From positions 32,001 to 96,000 of the forward strand of contig JAZLBQ010000024.1 of the NCBI GenBank assembly GCA_045613785.1: 64,000 nt of DNA, given 5' to 3'. Below the pieces are notes generated by a model. That model had not been told where the DNA came from and did not search any database. It saw only the letters and a program-made list of their open reading frames with translations. This stretch comes from Candidatus Enterousia sp. GTDB lineage: Bacteria; Pseudomonadota; Alphaproteobacteria; Rs-D84. Both the position numbers and the translations under genes were made by a program. Shown piece after piece: positions 9,638-19,259 of the stretch (positions within the stretch are counted from its first letter, which is position 1; each line of letters opens with the position of its first letter).

Positions 9638-9694
9638 ATGAATTTGTTTAAAATTTTCTTCACAACAACTACTACAACCCCGTTGGGGGTGTAA
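9638..9694 (+). CDS. thrS leader peptide MNLFKIFFTTTTTTPLGV
   Basis: Six consecutive Thr codons (ACA ACA ACT ACT ACA ACC) overlapping hairpin TACAACCCC/GGGGGTGTA, directly upstream of thrS. Confidence 0.8.
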   Translation: MNLFKIFFTTTTTTPLGV

Positions 9695-9775
9695 TTTCTG
9701 TGTTGCGTTCAAACGCATTTCTTAATTAAAATTTAATCAAATAAAAATAAAAACAAAAAAGCATAAGGATTTATT

Positions 9776-11509
9776 ATGTCGTATGATATTGAATTGATTC
9801 GTCATTCGCTGGCACATGTTATGGCGGCCGCAGTTAAAAAATTGCACCCAGATGTTAAATTTGCAGGGGGGCCTGCTATTGAAAATGGGTTCTATTATGA
9901 CTTTGATACAGAATATCGTTTTTCTGAAGAAGATTTTGCACAAATCGAAAAGGAAATGCGTGATTTAATCAAGTCAAATGGTCGCTTTGAACAGAGAAAT
10001 GTTTCATTAGATGAAGCAAAAGAAATTTTTGCAAATCAGCCATATAAAATGGAATGGTTAAATGAATATGATGCCGCAGGTGAGGCATTGTCAATTTATA
10101 CTTTCCGTGATTTTGTTGACTTGTGTCGTGGGCCACACGTTGAAAGTTCCAAGGATTTGCCACGTGATGCTTTCAAAATTCGCAGTGTTGCAGGGGCTTA
10201 TTGGAAGGGTGATGCAAAAAATAAAATGTTGCAGCGTATTTATGTCGATGCATTTGCAACAAAAGAAGAATTAGAACAGTTCTTGAAAATGCAGGAAGAA
10301 GCCGCTGCACGTGATAATCGCAAATTGGGGAAAGATATGGACTTGTTCCATTTTGAACCAGAATATGCACCAGGATCTGTGTTCTGGCATGACAAGGGAT
10401 ACAAAATGTATCGCAAGTTGATTGAATATGTCCGTTATCGTCAGGAATTGGCTGGATATCAGGAAATTTCAACGCCTGCTGTTATGGACAGATGTTTGTG
10501 GGAACGTTCTGGGCACTGGGCAAAATATGGTGAACATAATTATTCAGGTAAAACACAGGACGGGAAAGTGTTCTGTATTAAACCAATGTCTTGTCCAGGT
10601 GGTATGCTGGTATTTGGACACGGACTTCGTTCATACAAAGATTTGCCATTGTATATGGCGGAATTTGGTAAAGTGCATCGCTATGAAGCGGCAGGTGGTT
10701 TGTCTGGGTTGATGCGTGTGCGTGAATTTACACAGGATGATGCTCATATTTTCTGCACAGAAGAACAATTAGAAGAAGAAGTTGTTAAAATCTTGCAGTT
10801 CATCAAGGATATTTATGGAAAGTTCGGTTTCGAAAATATCACAATGAAGTTGGCAACACGTAAAGAATCTGAATTCCGTATCGGGTCTGATGAAATTTGG
10901 GACAAGGCCGAAGGGGCTTTGAAGCACGCACTGGACGCAAATGGTATTGAATACGAAATCGCCGAAGGTGATGCGGCATTCTATGGACCAAAGATTGACA
11001 ATTATCTGAAAGATTCTATGGGACGTGTATGGCAGTGTGGAACAGTTCAGTTGGATATGAATCTGCCAGAACGATTCGATTTGTCTTATGTTGGTGAAGA
11101 TGGTGAAAAACATCGCCCAATTATGTTGCATCGTGCAATGTTGGGGTCTATTGAAAGATTTATGGGCGTGTTGTTGGAATCAACAGGTGGTAATTTGCCT
11201 TTGTGGCTGAGTCCAGAACCAGTCGTTGTCGCACCAATTTCAGAAAAATATGCACAGTATGCTAATGAAATTGTTGCACAATTGCGTGCTGCTGGTGTAA
11301 ATGCACGTGCAGATTTGCGTGATGAAAAAGTAAACTATAAAATCCGTGAATTGTCGTTGGCAAAAACACCTATCATTGCAATTGTAGGCGAAAAAGAAAT
11401 GGCTGATAAAAATGTTACTCTGCGTCGCTTGGGCGTTGAAAAACAGGAAGTTATGCCAATGGCAGAATTCATTGAAATGATGAAAAATGCTGTGAAAATG
11501 CCATTGTAA
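9776..11509 (+). CDS. thrS: Threonine--tRNA ligase (no N-terminal TGS domain)
   Basis: RHSLAHVMA, DLCRGPHV, RVREFTQDDAH, AAFYGPKID, IMLHRA. Confidence 0.97.
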   Translation: MSYDIELIRHSLAHVMAAAVKKLHPDVKFAGGPAIENGFYYDFDTEYRFSEEDFAQIEKEMRDLIKSNGRFEQRNVSLDEAKEIFANQPYKMEWLNEYDAAGEALSIYTFRDFVDLCRGPHVESSKDLPRDAFKIRSVAGAYWKGDAKNKMLQRIYVDAFATKEELEQFLKMQEEAAARDNRKLGKDMDLFHFEPEYAPGSVFWHDKGYKMYRKLIEYVRYRQELAGYQEISTPAVMDRCLWERSGHWAKYGEHNYSGKTQDGKVFCIKPMSCPGGMLVFGHGLRSYKDLPLYMAEFGKVHRYEAAGGLSGLMRVREFTQDDAHIFCTEEQLEEEVVKILQFIKDIYGKFGFENITMKLATRKESEFRIGSDEIWDKAEGALKHALDANGIEYEIAEGDAAFYGPKIDNYLKDSMGRVWQCGTVQLDMNLPERFDLSYVGEDGEKHRPIMLHRAMLGSIERFMGVLLESTGGNLPLWLSPEPVVVAPISEKYAQYANEIVAQLRAAGVNARADLRDEKVNYKIRELSLAKTPIIAIVGEKEMADKNVTLRRLGVEKQEVMPMAEFIEMMKNAVKMPL

Positions 11510-11514
11510 TTTTT

Positions 11515-11537
11515 AGGGGTGGGAAACCACCCCTTTT
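11515..11537 (+). terminator. Intrinsic terminator after thrS
   Basis: AGGGGTGG-GAAA-CCACCCCT followed by TTT. Confidence 0.75.
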
Positions 11538-11555
11538 GAAAAAAAAGGGGGAAAG

Positions 11556-11699
11556 ATGAAAAAAATCTTGATTGTGTGCGTGCTGGGAATGCTGCCTGTG
11601 ATTTGTGGGGGCTGTGCAAAAAAGTGCGAAGTCGAACCAATCGTCGAACAAAATCACAAATTGATTGTGCCACCAAATTTTGGACAAATGCCAAAGTAA
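11556..11699 (+). CDS. Small lipoprotein (47 aa), DUF3035-like; absent from the ORF track
   Basis: MKKILIVCVLGMLPVICGGC signal/lipobox then LIVPPNF; GGGG upstream as SD. Confidence 0.6.
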   Translation: MKKILIVCVLGMLPVICGGCAKKCEVEPIVEQNHKLIVPPNFGQMPK

Positions 11700-11777
11700 A
11701 AAAAGTAAGCCAAAGCGTTTTGTTTTTGGCTTTTTTTATGATATAATGTCCATAATGAAATATGGGGGGATTTTATC

Positions 11778-12614
11778 ATGAATGATGATAATAACTTGGA
11801 TTTATTAGATTTAGACGATAACGGGGCAATGGATACTTTGCCTGATGCGACACCTTTTGTAAACCCACGTCCAAAAAAACCGTGGCTGTTGTTGACAATC
11901 GGATTGGTCGTTATTGTCTTGGCAACATATATCATCATTCAAGCGATTGGTGATGAAACTTCTTCGTCAATTGATGTTGATTTAGATGTGCCTGTGATGG
12001 TGGATTCAGGGGCAGGGCAACCAGTGCCGGTTGATATGAACGTGATGCCGCCTGTGCAGCCGGTAAATGTTGTGCCACAACCTGTGGTTCAGCCGCAGCC
12101 GCAACAGGTCGTGCAACCAAATCCACAGCCTGTGGTTCAGCCACAACCACAACAGCAGACCGCTGGTGTGCCTGTGCGGGTAATAGAAGAAAGAAAAGAA
12201 GTTGTGTTTAACCCAGAAAAAGCTGTTGCAGAGCCTGCACCAAAGATTGTCGAAAAACCAAAACCAGTGGCAGCAAAGCCTGCTGTGTCTGCGTCTAAAC
12301 CTGCTGCAAAGTCCGTTGCAAAACCAGCAGTGAAAACAACAGCAGCAAAGCCAGTGGCAAAACCTGTCACAGGGGCTTGGTATGTTCAGTTTGGATCATA
12401 CAGCACACGTGCTTTGGCAGAAAATGCACAACGCCAGATTCAAAATGCACACAAAAGCTTGTTTGAAGGACATCAATTCGTTATCTTGGCAGCACAGTTA
12501 AAAGATGGTAAAACAACATACAGATTGCGTGTGGCTTTCAAGACATCTAATGATGCAAATGGGTTCTGTCGTAATGCAAAATCTGATGGATTGGATTGTT
12601 ATGTAGCAAAATAA
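11778..12614 (+). CDS. SPOR-domain cell division protein (FtsN-like)
   Basis: Short cytoplasmic N-terminus, single TM, Pro/Gln/Ala/Lys linker, WYVQFGSYS...YRLRV...FC....GLDC. Confidence 0.85.
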   Translation: MNDDNNLDLLDLDDNGAMDTLPDATPFVNPRPKKPWLLLTIGLVVIVLATYIIIQAIGDETSSSIDVDLDVPVMVDSGAGQPVPVDMNVMPPVQPVNVVPQPVVQPQPQQVVQPNPQPVVQPQPQQQTAGVPVRVIEERKEVVFNPEKAVAEPAPKIVEKPKPVAAKPAVSASKPAAKSVAKPAVKTTAAKPVAKPVTGAWYVQFGSYSTRALAENAQRQIQNAHKSLFEGHQFVILAAQLKDGKTTYRLRVAFKTSNDANGFCRNAKSDGLDCYVAK

Positions 12615-12629
12615 AAAAAAGGACGAACG

Positions 12630-12824
12630 ATGAGATTAGGTTGGATGGAAATTCTTTTAATTGTTGTCTTGGTAATAATTTTGTTCGGACATAACAAAAT
12701 ACCAGGAATGATGAAAAATTTGGCAGATGGATTGAATATCTTTAAAAAAGAAATAAAGTCTGATTCCAAAAAAACAGAAAAAAAAGCACCAGTGAAGAAA
12801 AAAGTGCAATCAAAGAAAAAATAA
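12630..12824 (+). CDS. tatA: Twin-arginine translocase TatA
   Basis: GWMEILLIVVLVIILFG..KIP..MKNLADGLNIFKK. Confidence 0.9.
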   Translation: MRLGWMEILLIVVLVIILFGHNKIPGMMKNLADGLNIFKKEIKSDSKKTEKKAPVKKKVQSKKK

Positions 12825-12826
12825 AA

Positions 12827-12889
12827 AAAATTCCCCCGATTTGGGGGATTTTTTAAAGTAATAAAAATCCCCTGGTTAAGGGGATTTTT
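12827..12889. terminator. Two tandem terminator hairpins between convergent tatA and dksA
   Basis: TCCCCC-GATTT-GGGGGA and AAAAATCCCCT-GGTTA-AGGGGATTTTT. Confidence 0.7.
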
Positions 12890-12891
12890 GT

Positions 12892-13350
12892 TTAGTTTTT
12901 ATGTGCTTCGTATTCTTCTTGTTCGTCAACAGTCATTGTCGCCAATGGACGTGCCATCATTCGTTGAATACCGATTTCATCACCAGAAACAACGCTGTAA
13001 CCATATTTCTTGGACAGTTCCATATCTGGATTTGTGCTGTTTTCAATCCGTGTTAGTGCAACTTCTATTTTTTGCAATAGTTTGTTGTTGCGGTCATACA
13101 TACGCAAATCCATTGTGATGTCTTGGTTAAATGTGGCGTTGTCAGATTCGTCGCCAACACCTAGCGAATCGGTTTTTTCAGCCAAGCGAACAGCGTTCAA
13201 TACAGATTCTTTGCTGTTTTCGATTTCTTCTTTCTGAGCCTTTAAAATGCGATAGAAATACGCCAACTGCATCGGGCACATGTATGGCTCGCTCTTTTTA
13301 GGTTTGTAGTTGGCAGGTAGTTCAAGCGTCTTGTAATCTTGTGATGACAT
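12892..13350 (-). CDS. dksA: RNA polymerase-binding transcription factor DksA (Zn-finger cysteines absent)
   Basis: EPYMCPMQLAYF, DESDNA tip motif, YGYSVVSGDEIGIQRMMARP. Confidence 0.85.
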   Translation of the reverse strand: MSSQDYKTLELPANYKPKKSEPYMCPMQLAYFYRILKAQKEEIENSKESVLNAVRLAEKTDSLGVGDESDNATFNQDITMDLRMYDRNNKLLQKIEVALTRIENSTNPDMELSKKYGYSVVSGDEIGIQRMMARPLATMTVDEQEEYEAHKN

Positions 13351-13355
13351 TGTTT

Positions 13356-13673
13356 TTAACCTTTTAGTTCTTGAATCCAGGATAGTAGTGTTTCTTCGTC
13401 CATAACACCTGTGCGTGCTTCGACCAGTTCGCCGTTTTTAAATGCTAAAACAGATGGTATGCTGCGGATTCCGTATTTCGCAGGAGTTTGACGATTCGAT
13501 TCGTCTATTTCAAACTTTATAAATTTTGCATCGTTGGTTTTTTCAGATGTTGATTCAAAAATTGGACCAAACATACGGCATGGACCACACCAAACAGCCC
13601 AGAAATCAACCAAGGTTATGCCAGTGCCAATCATACTGTCAAATGTTGCGTCAGTTGCATGTTCTAATGCCAT
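13356..13673 (-). CDS. trxA: Thioredoxin
   Basis: VDFWAVWCGPCR, YGIRSIP; start MALEHAT after an AGGAG SD. Confidence 0.95.
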   Translation of the reverse strand: MALEHATDATFDSMIGTGITLVDFWAVWCGPCRMFGPIFESTSEKTNDAKFIKFEIDESNRQTPAKYGIRSIPSVLAFKNGELVEARTGVMDEETLLSWIQELKG

Positions 13674-13747
13674 ATTTTTCTCCTTTCTGTTATTGATATT
13701 CGGCAAGAGTGTATTATAATCACCATAAAATGCAAGAGAAATCATAA

Positions 13748-14836
13748 ATGAATAAAATCATATACTTAGACGCTGCCGCAAGTTATCTAAAATCATCTGC
13801 TGTTATAAATGCTCAGGTCGATTTTTTGCAGAATAATTATGCTAATGCTGGACGGGGGATTTGTGCCAGGGCTGTTGCTGTAGATAATATGATTTCTGGT
13901 GTGCGTCTTCGTGTGGCAGATTTTATTGGTGCAAAACCTGAAAATATTGTTTTTACGTCTGGAACAACTGATGGTATGAACAGGGTTGTTGCATTGGTTG
14001 GGCCGGATAAGTCAAAAACTGTTGCGTTGTCGGAACTGGATCATCACAGTGCTTGTTTGCCGTGGGTGGCAAGTGGGGCAAATGTTGTTATGTGTCCGTT
14101 AGACGCACAATATAATTTTGATATTGAAAATATCCCATGGGCAGATGTTTTGGTTTTGACAGCGATGTCTAATGTGTTGGGCGTTCCGCAAAAAGTGCAA
14201 GAAATTATACGCATGGCACGTGAAAAAAATCCGAATGTCATCGTCGTTGTTGATGCTGCACAATATGTTGTTCATGAAAAAATAAATGCAGAAAAGTGGG
14301 GGGCTGATTTTATTGTCTTTTCAGGGCATAAAATTGGTGCAGATACAGGTGTTGGGATTTTGTATATAAAAAATCCTGGTGCGTTTAGTCCTGATAAGTT
14401 TGGCGGTGGTATGGTTCAAACTGTTGATGGGTTTAATTGGGAATTGGCAAATCTGCCAGAGCGGTTCGAGGCAGGGACTTTGCCATTGACGCAAATCGCA
14501 GGTTTGGCAGTCGCTGTTGATGAAATTGAAAATAATCGACCCGATTTATCGCTGATAAAATATATGCGTGATGAATTATTAAAATTGGACAAGGTTCGTG
14601 TTCTTTCTTCTGATGGGGCAGCGGTGTTGTCTTTTGTTGTCGATGGTATGCATTGCTTGGATGTTGGTGTAATGCTGGGGGCAAGAAATGTTTGTGTGCG
14701 GGTTGGTCAAATGTGTGCTGCATGGATTCACAAGGCATTAGGTGTGCCTGGAACGATTCGAATTTCTGTTGGTGCATATAATACAATCGAAGAAGTAAAA
14801 GCAGTTGTTGATATAATAAAAGATATTGTGAAATGA
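13748..14836 (+). CDS. sufS: Cysteine desulfurase, SufS family
   Basis: YLDAAAS, DAAQ, FSGHK, RFEAGT, RVGQMCA. Confidence 0.9.
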   Translation: MNKIIYLDAAASYLKSSAVINAQVDFLQNNYANAGRGICARAVAVDNMISGVRLRVADFIGAKPENIVFTSGTTDGMNRVVALVGPDKSKTVALSELDHHSACLPWVASGANVVMCPLDAQYNFDIENIPWADVLVLTAMSNVLGVPQKVQEIIRMAREKNPNVIVVVDAAQYVVHEKINAEKWGADFIVFSGHKIGADTGVGILYIKNPGAFSPDKFGGGMVQTVDGFNWELANLPERFEAGTLPLTQIAGLAVAVDEIENNRPDLSLIKYMRDELLKLDKVRVLSSDGAAVLSFVVDGMHCLDVGVMLGARNVCVRVGQMCAAWIHKALGVPGTIRISVGAYNTIEEVKAVVDIIKDIVK

Positions 14837-15147
14837 CGTGGACAAAAGACGATATTATTGCAGGTTTGAAAACAATTTATGACCCAGAAATCCCAGTAAA
14901 TATTTGGGATATGGGGTTGATTTATAATATAGATATATCAGATGATATTGTTGTTTTGCAGATGACGTTTACCAGTCCAACCTGTCCAATGATGGAAGAA
15001 TTGTTAGAGCAGGTGCGTAGCGTCGTTCAAAATATTACAGGAACAACACCTGTTCGGGTTGATTTAGTTTGGGATCCACCGTGGGATTTAAGTCGTATGT
15101 CTGATGAGGCACGACTGGAACTGGATTTGACAAATCAGGGATGGTAG
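14833..15147 (+). CDS. sufT: Fe-S assembly protein SufT (DUF59)
   Basis: DPEIPVNIWDMGLIY, TSPTCP, WDPPW. Confidence 0.88.
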   Translation: MTWTKDDIIAGLKTIYDPEIPVNIWDMGLIYNIDISDDIVVLQMTFTSPTCPMMEELLEQVRSVVQNITGTTPVRVDLVWDPPWDLSRMSDEARLELDLTNQGW

Positions 15148-15512
15148 TTATGACATACGATGAAATAAAAAATGCGTTATCACTGGTTCAAAGCCCAATA
15201 GAAAAATTAGAGTTTGTTATGGAACTGGGGCGTGGCTTAGTAGCGGTTCCTGACGGGGCAGTGTGTTCCGAAATCAAAGGGTGTGCATCGTTTGTTCAAA
15301 TTTGTCGCAAGGAAAATAATTTTTATGCAACAGCCGATTCGGGGCTGGTGCGGGGAATTGTTGCAATTATTATCGCAATGGTTGATGGAAAAACACCAGA
15401 ACAGATAAAAAATATGGACTTGGATTCCGAGTTTTCGTCGCTGAATTTGAATCTGGGGGTGGGTAGGTTAAATGGTGTGAATTCTATGATTCGTTTTTTG
15501 AAAAATTTATGA
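15141..15512 (+). CDS. sufE: Sulfur acceptor SufE
   Basis: IKGCASFV, ADSGLVRGI, RLNG; start may be at 15150. Confidence 0.85.
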   Translation: MVVMTYDEIKNALSLVQSPIEKLEFVMELGRGLVAVPDGAVCSEIKGCASFVQICRKENNFYATADSGLVRGIVAIIIAMVDGKTPEQIKNMDLDSEFSSLNLNLGVGRLNGVNSMIRFLKNL

Positions 15513-15548
15513 TAAAATGCGGACAAGTAGTCTGACGGGGGTGGGGCA

Positions 15549-15842
15549 ATGCGTGATGATGAGAAAATGTTTCAGATTGGTATTTGGTCAATGGGGATTG
15601 TGCTGTTGATGACTGTGATTTTACAGGTCGCATTTAGAACTCAAAATCGTCAAATGAACAGAACAAGACGTGAAATTGTTCAGACTCAACAAAAAATCGC
15701 AGTTGCAGAGGCTAATTTTGCATCTTATGTTAGACCAGAAATTTTACGCAATTTGGTTGTAAGTGTCGAACCAAAATCAGAAGCAATCGGATTTAATAAA
15801 TTTGTTACAATAAATGATTTGCCACTAAGGGACGAAATCTAA
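15549..15842 (+). CDS. ftsL: Cell division protein FtsL-like
   Basis: TM plus coiled coil ending ASYVRPEIL, immediately upstream of ftsI. Confidence 0.7.
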   Translation: MRDDEKMFQIGIWSMGIVLLMTVILQVAFRTQNRQMNRTRREIVQTQQKIAVAEANFASYVRPEILRNLVVSVEPKSEAIGFNKFVTINDLPLRDEI

Positions 15843-17473
15843 TGTTCGAAATCGGTAAGGATATTTTTAGACACGGGGTTTCAGGTGCAAAAAGTGATGC
15901 TACTGCACGTAGCAGATTGTGGATTATGCACTTGGCTTTCTTGGTTATGTTCGCAGGTTTTATTGGGCGGACTTTGCAGTTGGGGATTCAGGGAACAGAC
16001 AGAACAAGATTGGCTGGCTCAGACGGAGAGTGGGCTGTTCAACGTGCAGATATTGTTGATAGAAATGGTGATATCTTGGCAAAAAATGTTGAGTCTGGAC
16101 ATATTATTTTGCGTAATAGAGCCGTGCGTGAAAAAGATAGAGATGCAGTCGCACAAACAATTCATCAGGCATTGCCATACGAGTATTCTTTGGCAGAAGC
16201 AATAGAGTTGGTAAATTCAGATAAACGATTCGTTCGATTGAAAAAATATGCCAGTGATAGCCAACGTGAAATTATTAAAAAAGCACGATTGGAAGGTTTG
16301 GAAGTCGAACGTATTCAGACTAGAAAATATCCAAAAAGAAGACTGTTTTCACATGTGGTCGGATTTGTCGGTGCTGATGGTAATGGACTGGAAGGGGCAG
16401 AGAGAGTTTATAATGACTATTTAAAGGAAAACAAAGACCCTTTGCGGTTGAGCTTGGATTCAAGAATTCAGGCTGTGTTCTATGACCAGTTGTCGTTCGC
16501 AATGCAAAAATATCAGACTAAGGCCGCTATGGGAATGCTGATGAATGCACGAACTGGCGAAATGATTGCTATGGTGTCTTTGCCAGACTATGATCCAGAA
16601 AACTTGTCTGCAGACCCTGTTGCAAATCGTTTGTTCAAACCAATGCGTAGTGTTTATGAAATGGGCTCTATTTTCAAAATATTCAATACTGCAATGGCGT
16701 TGGAAAATGGTATCGATAAGGAATATTATATTAAAGAACCTTTCAAGGTTTTAGATAAATTTGGACGGGTCGCAGCCAGAATTAGCGATGTGCGTAGTTT
16801 TAAACCGCCACGGCCATATTTGACAGTCGAAGAAATTATGGTGCATTCGTGTAATGCAGGAAGTGCACAAATCGCATTGGATTTACCAGATGGAACACAA
16901 AAAGAATTTTTTGAACGTCTGAATATGGACAAGGCATTGAGCTTGGAATTTGGACGCACTGAAAATTCTATCCCACAACGTAAATGGGGGCAGGTTGAAC
17001 GGGCAACTGTGTCTTTTGGACATGGGTATGCAGTAACACCAATGCATTTGATGTTGGCTGTAAATGCAGTTACAAATGGGGGGATTTATATCTATCCAAC
17101 GTTGCAAAAAAGAAGTGTTGGGGTTGTGCGTGGTGAACGTGTGTTGGCAGATGAAATTTCTGCAAAGTTGCGACCAATTATGTTGCGAGTCGCCGAAGAA
17201 ACTAGTGGTAAACAGGCCAGAGTTGCAGGTATTCAAATCGGTGGAAAAACAGCAACTGCTGAAAAAATTATCAATGGAAAAATTGATAGAAAGAAAAATA
17301 TTACGGCTTTTGTGGGAATCTTCCCAGTAAACGCACCACAATATACTATTTTAGTTGTGCTGGACGAACCACAGGGAACAAAAGAATCTTGGGGGTGGCG
17401 AACTGCAGCCTGGAACGCCGTGCCAACAACGGGAAAAATTCTTGATAGTATCCTGCCATTGCTATTTGAATAA
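15842..17473 (+). CDS. ftsI: Class B penicillin-binding protein (PBP3/FtsI)
   Basis: RADIVDRNG, RKYP, GLEGAE, GSIFK (SxxK), SCN, GGKTATA. Confidence 0.9.
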   Translation: MFEIGKDIFRHGVSGAKSDATARSRLWIMHLAFLVMFAGFIGRTLQLGIQGTDRTRLAGSDGEWAVQRADIVDRNGDILAKNVESGHIILRNRAVREKDRDAVAQTIHQALPYEYSLAEAIELVNSDKRFVRLKKYASDSQREIIKKARLEGLEVERIQTRKYPKRRLFSHVVGFVGADGNGLEGAERVYNDYLKENKDPLRLSLDSRIQAVFYDQLSFAMQKYQTKAAMGMLMNARTGEMIAMVSLPDYDPENLSADPVANRLFKPMRSVYEMGSIFKIFNTAMALENGIDKEYYIKEPFKVLDKFGRVAARISDVRSFKPPRPYLTVEEIMVHSCNAGSAQIALDLPDGTQKEFFERLNMDKALSLEFGRTENSIPQRKWGQVERATVSFGHGYAVTPMHLMLAVNAVTNGGIYIYPTLQKRSVGVVRGERVLADEISAKLRPIMLRVAEETSGKQARVAGIQIGGKTATAEKIINGKIDRKKNITAFVGIFPVNAPQYTILVVLDEPQGTKESWGWRTAAWNAVPTTGKILDSILPLLFE

Positions 17474-17516
17474 TTTTTGATTATAATGCTGCTGATAATA
17501 AAAAAAAGAGCAGAAG

Positions 17517-19247
17517 TTGAAGAAGATAGTAGAGAAATCCAAGCTGGGTAAAGCCTGGGTGGCAGATGGTGATGTGCTGGGGGCTGGAGACGATTTATTA
17601 AAAAAAATTTTAATCCGGCGTGGAATCGAAACAGATAGTGATATTCAGAAATTTTTAAATCCTTGTATCAAGGGATATATGCCTGACCCGTCCGTATTAA
17701 AGGATATGGATTTGGCTGCAAAAATTATTGCAGAATCTGTTTTAAATAATGAAAAAATTGCTATTTATGGGGACTATGATGTTGATGGTATTACGTCAAC
17801 TGCTGTGTTCGTAAAGTATTTGCGAGCGTTGGGGGTTGATGTTATGTGGCACTTGCCAACCCGTGAGGGTGAAGGTTATGGGCTAAATAATACCGCTGTT
17901 GAGGAAATTGCACAAACAGGTGCAAAGTTGCTGATTACTGTTGATTGTGGTATCAGTGGTGTCGAAGAAGTTTTGTGTGCAAAACAATTAGGACTTAAAG
18001 TGGTGGTGACAGACCATCATTCGCCTGATTCTGTTTTGCCAGATGCTGATGCAGTCGTAAATCCAAAACGTAGTGATGATGAGTCGGGGTTGTCTTATCT
18101 GGCAGGCGTTGGTGTCGCTTTCTTGACTGTTGTTGCGGTCAATAGAGAACTGAATGCCAAAGGGGGCGGAATCGATAAATCAGAACTGATAAATTATACA
18201 GACTTGGTGGCGTTGGGGACAATTTGCGATACGATGCCTTTGATTGAACTGAATAGGGCTTTCGTTGCAACAGGATTGAAGATTCTGGGTAAAAAACAAA
18301 ACTTGGGATTGACCAAGTTGATGGAAAAAGCAAATATTCAACATTCATCTGTATATGCAGCAGGGTTTGCGTTGGGACCTCGTTTGAATGCGGCAGGACG
18401 TTTGGATTCTGCAGCACCAGCGTTGGATTTGTTGCTGACAGATAATGCATTGATTGCTGATGAATTAGCAGAAAAATTGCATGATATGAACAAAGAACGA
18501 ATCGGTATCCAAAATGCAATTATGTTGACGGCAACAGAAATGGCTGAAAAATGCTGTGCAGCCGGAAAGTGCAGTTTATTTGTTTGTGGCGATAAATGGC
18601 ACGGTGGTGTTATGGGGATTATCGCAGGGCGATTAAAGGATAAGTATAATCTGCCTTCGTGTGTTGCAACCAGGGTAGATGGTGTTGTAAATGGATCAGG
18701 ACGTTCAATACCAGGGGTCGATTTAGGTAAAATTATTCATGATGCTTTGGCCAAAGGTATTGTTAGCGAAGGTGGTGGTCATGCCGCTGCTGCAGGATTT
18801 TCGTTGCCTGCGGAAAATGAAGAAGAATTTTGCAAATTTTTAGAGGCTGCAGTTGTTGAACAATTAAATGGTCAAGTGCCAGCACCACAGGTCTTGGTTG
18901 ATGCAGAACTGGATGCAGGGGCGGCAAATATGCGACTGTTTAATTTGTTGTCTGCGATGGAACCGTTCGGTCAGGGTAATCCAGAACCGGTATTGGTCTT
19001 GCGTGGGGCGTCTTTGATGCGGGCCAGCACAATGGGTAATGGTAATCATTTGCGTGGTATGGTTAAAACAAGTGCCGGAACAAAATTGGCTTTTGTTGGG
19101 TTCAATTTAGTTGGAACACCAGTCGGGGATTTTTTGCTGGACGATGAAAATACAAACACTAAAATAATGATGTTGGGTAGATTAAAATCCAATGAATACA
19201 AGGGTAGTGTAAGTGCACAATTCTTTCTGGAAGATATAGCAGTGTAA
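17517..19247 (+). CDS. recJ: ssDNA exonuclease RecJ
   Basis: YGDYDVDG, TDHH, GPRLNAAGR, GGHAAAAG, EPFGQGNPEP. Confidence 0.95.
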   Translation: MKKIVEKSKLGKAWVADGDVLGAGDDLLKKILIRRGIETDSDIQKFLNPCIKGYMPDPSVLKDMDLAAKIIAESVLNNEKIAIYGDYDVDGITSTAVFVKYLRALGVDVMWHLPTREGEGYGLNNTAVEEIAQTGAKLLITVDCGISGVEEVLCAKQLGLKVVVTDHHSPDSVLPDADAVVNPKRSDDESGLSYLAGVGVAFLTVVAVNRELNAKGGGIDKSELINYTDLVALGTICDTMPLIELNRAFVATGLKILGKKQNLGLTKLMEKANIQHSSVYAAGFALGPRLNAAGRLDSAAPALDLLLTDNALIADELAEKLHDMNKERIGIQNAIMLTATEMAEKCCAAGKCSLFVCGDKWHGGVMGIIAGRLKDKYNLPSCVATRVDGVVNGSGRSIPGVDLGKIIHDALAKGIVSEGGGHAAAAGFSLPAENEEEFCKFLEAAVVEQLNGQVPAPQVLVDAELDAGAANMRLFNLLSAMEPFGQGNPEPVLVLRGASLMRASTMGNGNHLRGMVKTSAGTKLAFVGFNLVGTPVGDFLLDDENTNTKIMMLGRLKSNEYKGSVSAQFFLEDIAV

Positions 19248-19259
19248 AAACAGAAGATT

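Noticed and set aside
12075-12155. Direct repeats CCACARCCTGTGGTTCAGCC
   Set aside because: Encode the PQPVVQ linker of the SPOR protein; ordinary low complexity.
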